DNA of 64,000 bases, from assembly GCA_041483895.1 (NCBI GenBank), contig JBGPGO010000005.1:96001-160000 (forward strand), read 5' to 3'. Within the stretch, counting starts at the first letter, position 1; each line of letters begins with the position of its first letter. The notes under the pieces are model-generated. The model did no database searches. It was not told the origin of the DNA and saw nothing but the letters and a program-made list of their open reading frames with translations. Shown here piece by piece: positions 9,944 through 20,177 of the stretch. The stretch is from Fimbriimonadia bacterium. GTDB taxonomy: Bacteria > Armatimonadota > Fimbriimonadia > Fimbriimonadales > JABRVX01. Both the position numbers and the translations under genes were made by a program.

Positions 9944-11091
9944 CCGATCTCCTGCAGTGGCGCAAAGAGTTTCCCATTCTGGAAACGACCACCTATCTGA
10001 TCAGCAACTCTTTGGGCGCCATGCCGCGCCGGGCCATCGATCGATTGTCAGAATATACACAGCTCTGGGCGACGCGCGGCGCGCAATCGTGGCACGAAGC
10101 GTGGTGGGATAAGCCTCGACAGATTGCGGATAAGGTAGCGCCGCTGATCGGCGCGGACGCGGGGACTGTCAGCATCCAATTGAATATCACATCCGCGGAG
10201 GCCGTCGTCGCATCATGCTTCGATTTCAGCGGCCCCCGAAACAAAGTCGTGTTCGAAGACATGAACTTCCCTTCCGTCGCCTACTTTTGGCGCGAGCAGC
10301 AACGAATTGGCGCCCGCATCGAAGTAGTACCAACCGACGGCGTGCATGTTGATACCGAGCGCATGTTGGATGCCATTGACGACACAACACTGTTGGTACC
10401 GGTTTCCCATGTGCTGTTCCGCTCGGCCTTCATCCAAGACGCCGAAGCGATCTGCCAAAAGGCGCACAAGGTCGGCGCGCGCGTCGTGCTGGATACCTAT
10501 CAATCCACCGGCATCCTTCCGGTCAATGCAAAGAAGCTGGGCGTGGATTTTGTTGTTGGGGGAACTCTAAAGTGGCTGTGCGGCGGTCCCGGCGTCGCGT
10601 TCCTCTATGTACGTCCGGATTTAGCCGCCAAATTGGAGCCGCGGTTTACCGGTTGGTTCGCCCACCAAAAACCCTTCGATTTCGATTTCGACAACTTTGT
10701 TCGAACTGACGACAGCTATCGTTTCATGAACGGCACGCCCAACATCCCCGGCCTCTATGCGTGCGAAGCGGGGCTGGATATTATCGGGCAAATCGGCGTC
10801 GAAGCGATACGAAGCAATTCCATGCGCCAAACCGCAAAGATAATCGAGATGGCCCAATCGCGCGGATGGGAAGTCACCGCCCCATTGATTGCTGAAGTAC
10901 GCGCCGGCACTGTCGCCCTGGACCTGCCGGATAGCGAGAACATTTGCAATCGCCTCATCGCGCAAGACATTCTGGTGGACTATCGCCCCAAGGCTGGCGT
11001 GCGAATCTCCCCCCACTTCTACACCTCGGACGAAGAGATCGACGCAGCATTCACAGCGATTGAACAGATTATGCTTGTGAAAGCGCTTTAG
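9940..11091 (+). CDS. Class V PLP-dependent aminotransferase, kynureninase-like (paralog 2)
   Basis: YLISNSLG, DTYQSTG, GGTLKWLCGGPG, TGWFAH, RISPHFY; ATGA overlap with paralog 1. Confidence 0.88.
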   Translation: MTDLLQWRKEFPILETTTYLISNSLGAMPRRAIDRLSEYTQLWATRGAQSWHEAWWDKPRQIADKVAPLIGADAGTVSIQLNITSAEAVVASCFDFSGPRNKVVFEDMNFPSVAYFWREQQRIGARIEVVPTDGVHVDTERMLDAIDDTTLLVPVSHVLFRSAFIQDAEAICQKAHKVGARVVLDTYQSTGILPVNAKKLGVDFVVGGTLKWLCGGPGVAFLYVRPDLAAKLEPRFTGWFAHQKPFDFDFDNFVRTDDSYRFMNGTPNIPGLYACEAGLDIIGQIGVEAIRSNSMRQTAKIIEMAQSRGWEVTAPLIAEVRAGTVALDLPDSENICNRLIAQDILVDYRPKAGVRISPHFYTSDEEIDAAFTAIEQIMLVKAL

Positions 11092-11962
11092 CCAATCGGC
11101 CGGCAAGCCGCGCGTTCTTCACCAGCAGGCCACAATTCGCTTCCAACGGACGGCCGTCCAACGTATCGGACAGCGCGCGCAGCAGGTACGGGGTCAGTTC
11201 CCTTCCGCTAATTCCCGTTGCATACGCGTCCTCCACGGCCCGATGCACAACCGCATCGATCTCGGCCTTCGGAATCGCCACCTCCTCGGGCGGCGGTTGG
11301 CAAAGCAAAATGGCTTGCCGCAACCCGTGACGGTGGTGCGCAAACATGATCTCCACAACCTGCTGTGGACCGGAAACACTGGCCGTCGCTCGAACTCCGG
11401 AATCGGCGGAATAGAACGCGGGGACAAAATCCGTCTGATAGCCCAGCACCGGCACGCCGTGCGTTTCCAGCAGCTCCATTGTGGATTCAATATCAAGCAC
11501 GGCTTTCGGACCCGAGCAAACGACCAACATCGAAATCTCCGCCAGTGCGAGAATGTCGTTTGACACGTCGCAGGAATTGTGCAGATGCACCCCTCCGATC
11601 CCGCCGGTCGCCAGCACCTGAATTCCCACCTGCTTCGCGGCAAACATGGTGGCCGATACGGTTGTCCCGCCATGCTCGCCCCTTGCGGCGACAATGGCCA
11701 GATTCTGGAGATTCACTTTGGAGCACTCGCGGGTTTCGGCAAGGGTTTCCAGTTGATGGCCATTGAGGCCGACCCTGATCTGTCCTTGCCACATGCCGAT
11801 GACGGCCGGCACTGCGCCCTCCTTCCGGATGGCGTGTTCCATCTGCCGCACGGTCTCCAAGTTTCTCGGGGCCGGCAGTCCGTGGGTAAGAACGGCTGTT
11901 TCCAAAGCCACGACGGGCTTTCCGTCTCTCAGCGCTTCGGCAACCGGCGGCTCGACGATCAC
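11069..11962 (-). CDS. psuG: Pseudouridine-5'-phosphate glycosidase family protein
   Basis: PVVALETAVLTHGLP, TTVSATM, ATGGIGGVH, LTPYLL. Confidence 0.9.
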   Translation of the reverse strand: MIVEPPVAEALRDGKPVVALETAVLTHGLPAPRNLETVRQMEHAIRKEGAVPAVIGMWQGQIRVGLNGHQLETLAETRECSKVNLQNLAIVAARGEHGGTTVSATMFAAKQVGIQVLATGGIGGVHLHNSCDVSNDILALAEISMLVVCSGPKAVLDIESTMELLETHGVPVLGYQTDFVPAFYSADSGVRATASVSGPQQVVEIMFAHHRHGLRQAILLCQPPPEEVAIPKAEIDAVVHRAVEDAYATGISGRELTPYLLRALSDTLDGRPLEANCGLLVKNARLAGRLAKALSQA

Positions 11963-12828
11963 GGACGCGGCTGAGCCATCAATTTGAGGCTCTTGTCGAA
12001 CTCAGTCAATATCTTTTCTGTGATCAGCCCCGTGTAGACGACGACACTCTTGCCGTTTGGATTCGGAACGAGCTGATAATCGTCGTTGATCGTGGGCGCG
12101 GGTTGGGTCTTGGCATATCCGGAACCGGCCCGCACGAACAACACCGCGGCGGCCAGATCCCATAGTGACGCCGGTTGTGTGCCGATCGTCTCCGATAGCT
12201 GGCCGATCATCGCGCCTGCCTTGCCGTAGGCGCCGTATCGTTTCTTGAGGTCGGGACCGCTCAATTTCAGGCCGTCAGCGACTCCCGCGGCGGGGATCCA
12301 GGTCAACTTCGCGGAGGAGGACATCAGCGTCCGGGCCGCTCCCAAATCGTTCGCAAGGTTGAAATCGCCTCTGCCTCCACCGGGCAGCGGGCCCCCGCCG
12401 ACCCAATAAACCCAGAAGTTCCCGGCCGCCTTGGGGCTGGCCTGGATGGCAGAGGCAACATCGGTCGCAGTGGCAATGCACAGGACGTACAAATCGCCCG
12501 CCTCGCCAAGCTCGACCAGTTTCTTCGCGCCTTCCGAAATCTCCGCAGGATGCGGTCCGTCCGCACCGAGCCAGACCGGGATGTTGCTTGCGCCCAGCGA
12601 TTTCAAGACAGACTTCGCGCTCTCCTGGGCCTGCTTGTTGGTGCCGGGAGCTCCGTAATGGGTGGCCACGATCCCGCGAATATCGATTTGCGGCGAGGCC
12701 AAAAGCTCCATGATCGCCAATTGGTCGTCCACCCAATTGCCGCAATCGGTAACAACGACGACCTTCCGCGCCCCCCAGGACGAGGCAGCCAACACTAACA
12801 TCGATGCGAAAAGCACATAACGAACCAT
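11959..12828 (-). CDS. Nucleoside hydrolase (IU-NH family) with signal peptide
   Basis: TDCGNWVDDQLAI (DxxxxxDD), FNLANDL, LWDL; hydrophobic N-terminus. Confidence 0.75.
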   Translation of the reverse strand: MVRYVLFASMLVLAASSWGARKVVVVTDCGNWVDDQLAIMELLASPQIDIRGIVATHYGAPGTNKQAQESAKSVLKSLGASNIPVWLGADGPHPAEISEGAKKLVELGEAGDLYVLCIATATDVASAIQASPKAAGNFWVYWVGGGPLPGGGRGDFNLANDLGAARTLMSSSAKLTWIPAAGVADGLKLSGPDLKKRYGAYGKAGAMIGQLSETIGTQPASLWDLAAAVLFVRAGSGYAKTQPAPTINDDYQLVPNPNGKSVVVYTGLITEKILTEFDKSLKLMAQPRP

Positions 12829-12920
12829 TCTCGCCTCCTCTTTGCCACTTGGATTACGCTTCTGGCCGGTAGATTGTTACGGGCGAAGTCTACCATTGGG
12901 TACGAAGGTAGAATTCCGGT

Positions 12921-14681
12921 ATGAAGCGCGCAATCATCCTAATCGCACTGATCTTGGCCACCGCGATGGCCCTCGCCGATGTCAATTACCACGTCAAAGT
13001 GGATCAAGAGAACGGCAAACTGCTCTTCTCAATAACGACCAAAGTGAAGGGAGCGAAGACCGAATTTCAGATTCCCACCTGGGCTCCCGGCGCCTATATT
13101 CGCGCCAACTATGCCCGAAACATCAAGGAAGTCAAGGCCGTAGGGGACAAGGGGGCCGAGCTGAAGGTCGATCAGCCGGACAACATCACTTGGGCCGTGG
13201 ACACCATCGGCCAGAAGCAGGTCACGCTGACCTACCAGACAGAAAGAACGATTTCTCAGACCGGCTTCCAACTAAATGGTCCGGGATCTTATATGTACTT
13301 GGTCGGCCGCAAGCTGGAGCGATACACGGTCGAATACGAACTGCCGATCGGTTGGAAGATCGCCGTCGGTCTTGATCCCATGGGCGGCAACAAGTTTAGC
13401 GCGACGACATACGATGTCTTTATCGATTCCCCTGCGCAGTTCGGCAACTTTGGGGACGACGTCTTTATGGTCAAGGGAGTGCCTCACCACATTATCACGG
13501 CCGGCGCCGGCGCAGGCACGGTTGACCGGAAGAAGCTCACTGAGATCTGTCAAAAGATCGCCGAGGCAGAAACCTCCCTATACCGCCACATTCCATACAA
13601 GCGGTATTTCTTCTTCTTCACGGTCTTCAATGGCCTCGACGGCGGCGGCGGCTTGGAGCATTTGAACTCCACTTCAATCAGCCTGGCCTCTGGCCTCGGT
13701 CCCCGCGCGGCGCATGTTATCGCACACGAATTCTTCCACCTGTGGAACGTCAAGCGAATCCGCCCGTTTGTGTTGGGGCCGTTCGACTACACCCAGCCGG
13801 CGATAACCAAGAATCTTTGGTTTAGCGAAGGAGTAACGGATTACTACGCGAGAGTGATTCATCTTCGGTCGGGATTGTACGATCAGAATGCCTTTCTCAA
13901 GGACCTGAGCGGCACTATTCAGGAGCTGCAATCCAACCCGGCGCGGCTGACCGTAACCGCCGACGCCAGCTCGGAACGGGTTTGGGAGGCCAACAACAGC
14001 CAAGGGTTTGGCCGCTTGTCGTACTACACGAAGGGCGACCTCGTCGGCGTCTGCCTCGACCTCAAGCTGCGTGAACTGAGCAACGGAAAGAAATCGTTGG
14101 ACGACGTGATGCGATATATGTACGACAAGTGTGGCCGCGGCAACGGACCGGGTTTTCAGGAAGACGGCATTCGCGAAGCGGTGATCAAGTTCGGCGGTGC
14201 GGAGATGGGTCCGCTCTATGACCGCCTTGCCCGTTCAACGGACGAGATGCCGTTCACGGAACTGCTGGCCGGCGCGGGCGTCCGGTGCATGATCAAAGAG
14301 ACCCAACAGGCGGACATCGGGGGGACCTTGCGCTCGGATGCTGACGCCAAGGGCCTTATTGTGGGACGGATCCGGCCTGATAGCCCGATGGATGCCGCCG
14401 GATTGAACAGGGGGGACACAATCATCGAAGTCGACGGCAAGCCGATTGTCGCTGATGGCGGAGACGCATCCAAGGACCTCCAGGCCGCGCTTACTAAGAT
14501 GAACGGCGAGCTGCAGCCCGACGTGCCGATCAAGGTTGCCTTTATGCGGGATGGGAAACGGGAGGAAGCGACAATCACCCCGAAGGCGCGCAAAGTGATG
14601 TCCACAGAATGTACGTTTGCCGACAGCCCAACGGCGGGTCAGAAGCACATTCTCGAGGGGTGGCTCTCCGGCAAGAACTAG
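12921..14681 (+). CDS. M61 family metallopeptidase with PDZ domain, secreted
   Basis: PTWAPGAY, GGGLEHLNS, HEFFHLWN, WFSEGVTDYY, SYYTKG, C-terminal PDZ. Confidence 0.93.
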   Translation: MKRAIILIALILATAMALADVNYHVKVDQENGKLLFSITTKVKGAKTEFQIPTWAPGAYIRANYARNIKEVKAVGDKGAELKVDQPDNITWAVDTIGQKQVTLTYQTERTISQTGFQLNGPGSYMYLVGRKLERYTVEYELPIGWKIAVGLDPMGGNKFSATTYDVFIDSPAQFGNFGDDVFMVKGVPHHIITAGAGAGTVDRKKLTEICQKIAEAETSLYRHIPYKRYFFFFTVFNGLDGGGGLEHLNSTSISLASGLGPRAAHVIAHEFFHLWNVKRIRPFVLGPFDYTQPAITKNLWFSEGVTDYYARVIHLRSGLYDQNAFLKDLSGTIQELQSNPARLTVTADASSERVWEANNSQGFGRLSYYTKGDLVGVCLDLKLRELSNGKKSLDDVMRYMYDKCGRGNGPGFQEDGIREAVIKFGGAEMGPLYDRLARSTDEMPFTELLAGAGVRCMIKETQQADIGGTLRSDADAKGLIVGRIRPDSPMDAAGLNRGDTIIEVDGKPIVADGGDASKDLQAALTKMNGELQPDVPIKVAFMRDGKREEATITPKARKVMSTECTFADSPTAGQKHILEGWLSGKN

Positions 14682-15211
14682 CAGATTTGGACGCCGTTGA
14701 AGCGATGGCAATGGGGATCGTGCGGCGTTGGAACCATCGCGAGCGCCATGACGAACATTCGCGTGATCTCGGGCCCGGTGAATTTGAACGTTTTCCGGAA
14801 TACCGTTTGGTAGGTTGCCAGTTCTGCCGGCTGCAAGGAATCGAGCCAGGCACGAAAACTGCCATGCTGCTTCTGCAGCCCGGCGATCACCTTGGCATTC
14901 TCAATTGTGGCGGCAATCTTCAGCCGGTTTCGGATGATGGAGGCGTCCCCGAGGAGCCGCTCCACGTCGCCGTCATGATACCGAGAAACCTTTCGTACGC
15001 TAAAACCGTGAAAGGCCTTGCGAAACCCTTCCCGCCGATACAGAATCGTCTTCCAACTGAGACCGGCCTGGAAGATTTCCAGAGTAAGCAATTCAAAAAG
15101 CTGATCGTCGCTATGGAGCGGCATGCCCCACTCCTCATCGTGGTAGGCCGTCAGGAGCGGGTCGCCGGCGCACCAATCACAGACCCGCGTTGGAGTCTTG
15201 GATTGCGTCAT
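14678..15211 (-). CDS. tag: DNA-3-methyladenine glycosylase I
   Basis: YHDEEWG, LEIFQAGLSW, IIRNRLKI, FKFTGP, HxxxC. Confidence 0.93.
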   Translation of the reverse strand: MTQSKTPTRVCDWCAGDPLLTAYHDEEWGMPLHSDDQLFELLTLEIFQAGLSWKTILYRREGFRKAFHGFSVRKVSRYHDGDVERLLGDASIIRNRLKIAATIENAKVIAGLQKQHGSFRAWLDSLQPAELATYQTVFRKTFKFTGPEITRMFVMALAMVPTPHDPHCHRFNGVQIC

Positions 15212-15390
15212 TTTGCATTTTCAAGGACTTCGTCTCCGAACGTGTCGATGTGAAACTGGATTGCGGAAGTAACGTCCTTGAGGGCCTCTTCGTATGTCTC
15301 GCCCTCACCGACAACCACGCCCTTGATTCCAAGGGGATACGCCACGTAACCTTCGGGATGCTGCTCAACGACAATCTTGAATGACCTCAT
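15208..15390 (-). CDS. Short HicB-like antitoxin domain protein
   Basis: GYVAYP...GEGETYEEAL; overlaps tag start. Confidence 0.75.
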   Translation of the reverse strand: MRSFKIVVEQHPEGYVAYPLGIKGVVVGEGETYEEALKDVTSAIQFHIDTFGDEVLENAK

Positions 15391-15462
15391 ACCAGTATCT
15401 TACCGCCTCTTGCTACCGGTCCTACCCACATGCCATAATGTCACGAAAACCCGGAGGAGCAT

Positions 15463-16938
15463 GTGGCAGGGGCATTCCCGCTCGGACTGAGTTTTGACGA
15501 CGTCCTTCTCTTACCTCGGGACACCGAGGTAACTCCCGCCGATGTCGACACTTCGACCGTTCTCGCCGCCGACATTCGCCTGAATATCCCTATCGTCAGC
15601 AGCCCGATGGACACGGTGACCGAAAGCCGTATGGCCATCGCCCTCGCCCGAGAAGGCGGCGTCGGCGTCATCCATCGCAATATGTCCATCGACGAGCAGG
15701 CAAATGAGGTCGATCGTGTGAAGCGATCCGAATCGGGCGTCATTCTGGACCCGTTCCATCTCGGCCCGGATCGGCCCATCAGCGAAGCCCTAAGAATGAT
15801 GGAGCGCTACCACATATCCGGCGTGCCCATCACCGATGACACCGGCAAATTGGTGGGCATCCTCACCAATCGCGACATTCGATTCGAGACCGACTTCACG
15901 AAGCCGATTCGGGAACGCATGACCCAGCAAGACCTGGTGACTGCCTCCGAGGGCACGACGCTGGATCAGGCCGAGCTGATTTTGCAAGAGCACCGGATCG
16001 AAAAGCTGCCCATCGTTGACGCGGAGTTCCGCCTAAAGGGCCTCATCACCATCAAAGACATTTTGAAATTGCGGCGGCATCCGAATGCGACAAAGGACGC
16101 GAAGGGCCGGCTCTGCGTCGGCGCGGCCATCGGCCCGATGCGGGAGCCGGTTGAGCGCGCCGGGGCTTTGAGGGATGCCGGAGTGGATTTCATTGTCATT
16201 GACGCCGCGCATGGCCATTCTGTGGGCGTTTTGCAGGCGCTGGCAGCGATCAAACGGACCTACCCGGATCTAGTGGTCATCGCCGGCAACGCTGCAACCA
16301 AGGAGGCCGTCCAAGCGATGGCGGAACGCGGCGCGGATGGCATCCGCGTCGGCATCGGCGCAGGCTCTATCTGCACGACGCGCATCGTCGCCGGGGTGGG
16401 CGTGCCCCAACTAACTGCGGTTATCGAGTGCGCGGAGGAGGCCATGCGGCTCGGCATTCCGACCATTGCCGATGGGGGAATTCGCTCCAGCGGCGATATC
16501 GTAAAGTCGCTGGCGGGCGGCGCGCAGACCGTGATGCTGGGCAACATGCTGGCCGGGTGCGACGAAGCGCCGGGCGAAATTGAGATGTACCGAAACCGGG
16601 CGTACAAAGTGTATCGCGGCATGGGATCGATCGGCGCGATGCGGGCGACGACGGCGGATCGATATGCGCAGACGCCGAGCGGCAAGGTGGTTCCCGAAGG
16701 CGTCGAAGGCCGCGTCCCGTATAAAGGTCCGATGTCGGAGACGATTACTCAGCTGCACGGCGGGATTCGTTCCGGCATGGGCTACATCGGGGCCGCGAAT
16801 TTGACCGCGCTTCGAGAACGCGCCAGATTTCTTCAAATCACCAATGCCGGCCTGCGGGAGAGCCACGTCCACGACGTCTGGATCACCAAGGAGCCGCCGA
16901 ACTACTCCTCCGAATGGAACTTTACAGATCGGGAGTAG
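15463..16938 (+). CDS. guaB: IMP dehydrogenase
   Basis: FDDVLLLP, SPMDTVTE, CBS pair, GAGSICTTR, YRGMGS, PEGVEG. Confidence 0.98.
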   Translation: MAGAFPLGLSFDDVLLLPRDTEVTPADVDTSTVLAADIRLNIPIVSSPMDTVTESRMAIALAREGGVGVIHRNMSIDEQANEVDRVKRSESGVILDPFHLGPDRPISEALRMMERYHISGVPITDDTGKLVGILTNRDIRFETDFTKPIRERMTQQDLVTASEGTTLDQAELILQEHRIEKLPIVDAEFRLKGLITIKDILKLRRHPNATKDAKGRLCVGAAIGPMREPVERAGALRDAGVDFIVIDAAHGHSVGVLQALAAIKRTYPDLVVIAGNAATKEAVQAMAERGADGIRVGIGAGSICTTRIVAGVGVPQLTAVIECAEEAMRLGIPTIADGGIRSSGDIVKSLAGGAQTVMLGNMLAGCDEAPGEIEMYRNRAYKVYRGMGSIGAMRATTADRYAQTPSGKVVPEGVEGRVPYKGPMSETITQLHGGIRSGMGYIGAANLTALRERARFLQITNAGLRESHVHDVWITKEPPNYSSEWNFTDRE

Positions 16939-16942
16939 AACC

Positions 16943-16996
16943 GTAGCGCTGCCTTCCAGGCGGCACTTCTCCGGCAACGCTGCCTTCCAGGCGGCA
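16943..16996 (+). repeat. REP-like tandem repeat CGCTGCCTTCCAGGCGGCA
   Basis: Copies at 16947-16965 (preceded by GTAG) and 16978-16996; the 17-nt core recurs inverted at 19409-19425. Confidence 0.7.
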
Positions 16997-17139
16997 AAGG
17001 AAACCTGCCCCTTCAATGCCGTTCATACGCAACAAATGCGCCAACCAGCACATATTTCTGTCGCAACCCCCCTTAGCAATGCGGTTAACCACGCCAACAA
17101 TAGTAACTGGTAGCAGAACTCGAAGTTACGTAAGTTAGA

Positions 17140-18525
17140 ATGCAAAAGAATTCACGAACCGAAGGCTTCCTTTCTAAGAAGAGGGGCAGGGCGATGTGGC
17201 ACGACGCCGTTGCGCCTCTTACAATCCTCATCGGTATCGCCATCGTCGACGCCATTCAGAACGCATGGCCGAATTGCCCTGAGCCCGCCCCGCTCATCTT
17301 GGTTGCCGTTGCCGTCACCGGCTTCCTTTGTGGTCTTCGTTCCGCGGTCCTGAGCAGTGTTATCGCGATAGCGTATGCGCTCTTCTTTGTCGCGCCGAGA
17401 AATATACCGGAGTATCCTGGCCTGCCCATCTCCCTGCATGCTCTCCTGCTGGCCACGGCCGCCCCGCTGTTGGGGATCATGGCAGGCCTTATGCGCCAGA
17501 GAGTGACGCGCACGGCGGAAGCTCTGCATGCCCATCTCGCCAACACGCCGCTGGGAGTGATCGAACTCTATGCTGACTTTGAGGTGCGGGTGTGGGCCGG
17601 GGCCGCGGAGACCATCTTTAAAATCGAATCGAAGGACGCGATCGGAAAGAGTCTGTTCGAACTGCCGGGGGTTTTTCTTGGGGAGGACGATGCGGAAGCG
17701 GCAAAGCTTGCCCTGAAAAACATGGCGGCGGGCAATCGCAGCCACTTTGTGCATCACTCGCGATCGGGCGCGGTGACGGCGAACGCAAGCCACTCTCGAT
17801 GGTTCTGGTCCACCACGTTTCAGGAGCGCAAGCGCGACAGCAGGTTCCTAGTCCTGGTGGAAGACATTACCGAGCGGGTCAAAGCGGAACGGGAGCTGGA
17901 AGAGAGCAAGTGGGAAGTGATCCAGCGCCTGGTCCGCGCGGCGGAATATCGCGACCGTGACACAGGCCACCACGTGCAGCGCATGAGCCGCATCTGCGAG
18001 GCATTAGCGAGAGCGGCGGGTCTCAGTGACGACATCTGCGCGTTGATACTAAAGGCGAGCCAACTCCATGACATTGGGAAGATCGGCATCCCGGACAGCA
18101 TTCTTCGCAAGGAGGGCAAGCTGACGTCCGACGAGCTCGCCATCATGCGCAGCCACGCGACCCTCGGCGCGGAACTGCTGGCCGACAGCAACCATCCTCT
18201 GTTGAAGCTGGCGGAGACCATCGCGATGACGCACCACGAGCGCTGGGACGGAACCGGCTATCCGAAAGGTCTGAAGGGCGAGGATATCCCGATTGTCGGG
18301 CGCATCGCCTCCGTGTGCGATGTCTTCGATGCGCTGTTGTCGGAGCGCCCGTACAAGCAGGCGATGTCGTTGGACGATGCTTTGGCGGAGATACAGCACA
18401 TCGGGGGCACCTATCTCGACCCGAACCTGACGCGCCTGTTCTTCTCGATCGTGCCCCAGATCAAGACGATACTCTCCGACTACAGCACGATGGACAAATA
18501 CGACATGCTCCGCGACGCGGCGTAG
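17140..18525 (+). CDS. Membrane-anchored PAS + HD-GYP phosphodiesterase
   Basis: N-terminal TM helices, PAS-like segment, LHDIGKIG, HHERWDGTGYP; true start may be 17194. Confidence 0.9.
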   Translation: MQKNSRTEGFLSKKRGRAMWHDAVAPLTILIGIAIVDAIQNAWPNCPEPAPLILVAVAVTGFLCGLRSAVLSSVIAIAYALFFVAPRNIPEYPGLPISLHALLLATAAPLLGIMAGLMRQRVTRTAEALHAHLANTPLGVIELYADFEVRVWAGAAETIFKIESKDAIGKSLFELPGVFLGEDDAEAAKLALKNMAAGNRSHFVHHSRSGAVTANASHSRWFWSTTFQERKRDSRFLVLVEDITERVKAERELEESKWEVIQRLVRAAEYRDRDTGHHVQRMSRICEALARAAGLSDDICALILKASQLHDIGKIGIPDSILRKEGKLTSDELAIMRSHATLGAELLADSNHPLLKLAETIAMTHHERWDGTGYPKGLKGEDIPIVGRIASVCDVFDALLSERPYKQAMSLDDALAEIQHIGGTYLDPNLTRLFFSIVPQIKTILSDYSTMDKYDMLRDAA

Positions 18526-18631
18526 ACGCCAACTTTCCCTAAAGATGTGTTCGGGTTCACTCCTGACGACAACCCTGGTATACCAATTCCCTAGACCCGA
18601 ACACATCCGGCGCGCAGCCCCGACACAGGGG

Positions 18632-19273
18632 TTACTTGGACTTCACCACCCATTCGTGGAGGGCGCGGCTGAGGGCAATCTGCGCGGCGCGCTGCTCGTG
18701 CGGCGTGGCGGGCCCGCCGCTCACCACGGAAACCAGAGGCGTCACCAGAACGTCGGCAACGATTTTGAGAGTGTTTTCCTTTTCGTCGCTTCGGCCCGTA
18801 ACCCCGGTCTTCTTGTAGATCACTTTGCCCGCGCGCACGTCGAACACATAGGCGCTCACGGTGGCGGTAGAAATCGTTTTCGGCCCGGAGCCAACCCAGA
18901 TGCTGCGGGTGTGCCAAGCGATGGAACCATGGACAACAACGCTGGCCTTCAGCTTTTTGCCGAACTTCGACAGCGCGGCGTTGGTAGGCCTTCGGCTTGA
19001 TGCACCCATGGAGTTCCAGGTCTTCACGGCCAGATCGTGCGGAACGGTCGCATATCCTGCCTTGCGCGTTATCTCATCCACCGTGGCATAGGCGGTTCTC
19101 CGTGGCGTGTCCTTTCCTTTGACAAGGGTCCACGGATAGGCAACCGCCATCCCTTTGACATCATCCGGCTTAGCGGCGACGGCATGGCTGTCCGAGGCGC
19201 CCACCAACGGGAGAGTGCACGCGACGGCAATGGTCGCCAAGAGAGCGATCCGCTTCCAACTCTGGCTTTTCAT
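18632..19273 (-). CDS. Secreted hypothetical protein
   Basis: Signal peptide MKSQSWKRIALL; AAGGAG RBS. Confidence 0.75.
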   Translation of the reverse strand: MKSQSWKRIALLATIAVACTLPLVGASDSHAVAAKPDDVKGMAVAYPWTLVKGKDTPRRTAYATVDEITRKAGYATVPHDLAVKTWNSMGASSRRPTNAALSKFGKKLKASVVVHGSIAWHTRSIWVGSGPKTISTATVSAYVFDVRAGKVIYKKTGVTGRSDEKENTLKIVADVLVTPLVSVVSGGPATPHEQRAAQIALSRALHEWVVKSK

Positions 19274-19455
19274 GTTCGTTCTCCTTCTTTCAGTCATCCT
19301 GTTACGCGTCCACGTACGGGCTGCCGTGCACCGGTCCCGGCCCGCCTATCCTTCCGATTCGCTGACGAGATCCCGCCTCCTGTTTGTTCCCTTTCTCTCC
19401 TCTAACCGTGCCGCCTGGAAGGCAGTCTCTGTAGCCGTGGGTCCGCATGCCGATT

Positions 19456-19492
19456 GCTCCGCCCCCTTTTTCTGGACCAAAGGGGGCAGAGC
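19456..19492. repeat. Intergenic hairpin GCTCCGCCCCCTTT...AAAGGGGGCAGAGC
   Basis: Inverted repeat between ECF sigma gene and downstream gene. Confidence 0.5.
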
Positions 19493-19613
19493 ACTGCCTA
19501 CCCTGCCTCACCTGACAGCCAGAAAACCGGACAACAGAGTTTCCATGCCTTTGGAAAATAGTGTGTCGATGCGCGAAGAACCCAATCTATCCCAAGTCCA
19601 AGTGTCGCTGAGC

Positions 19614-20177
19614 CTAGACTTGAGCGACGCTGCGGGCTGGCGCAAACCGCGACCCCTCGAGCGCCTGTCGAGCGCGGCGAGTTGCTCGGAACAGCCGTGA
19701 CTTCACTGTTCCCAAGGGGATATTGAATTGCATGGACGCTTCCTGATACGACATCTCTCCTACAGCGAACTGCCATAGAAGGTTTCTGTGTTTCGTTGGG
19801 AGCAGGCGCATTGCCGCCACGACTTCCGGGTCGAATGAGGATTGGATGATTACCTCTTCAGGGGTTGGACCAGGATCGGCCAGATAGGCTTCGTACTCCT
19901 CGTCGATCTCGCAATGAGTAAGTGGCACTATAAGAATTCCACGGGCTCTCCGCCGCCTAAGATCGCAATAAAGGCGCTTGATGATCGTCATCACCCATGT
20001 GGAAAAGGCGCTTTCCTCGCGCCAGCAATCAAATTGCCGAAACGCGCGAAACAAGGCTTCCTGCGTCAGATCTTCCGCATCACTATCATTGAAACACAGA
20101 AAACCAGCGTAACTGTGCACTTTTCGATACGACTGTCTGGCAAGTCGATCAAATTTTTTCTTCATGACCTCGTCCAT
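19614..20177 (-). CDS. ECF RNA polymerase sigma-70 factor
   Basis: DAEDLTQEALFRA, FSTWV, SYQEAS...IPLGTVKSRLFRA. Confidence 0.9.
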   Translation of the reverse strand: MDEVMKKKFDRLARQSYRKVHSYAGFLCFNDSDAEDLTQEALFRAFRQFDCWREESAFSTWVMTIIKRLYCDLRRRRARGILIVPLTHCEIDEEYEAYLADPGPTPEEVIIQSSFDPEVVAAMRLLPTKHRNLLWQFAVGEMSYQEASMQFNIPLGTVKSRLFRATRRARQALEGSRFAPARSVAQV

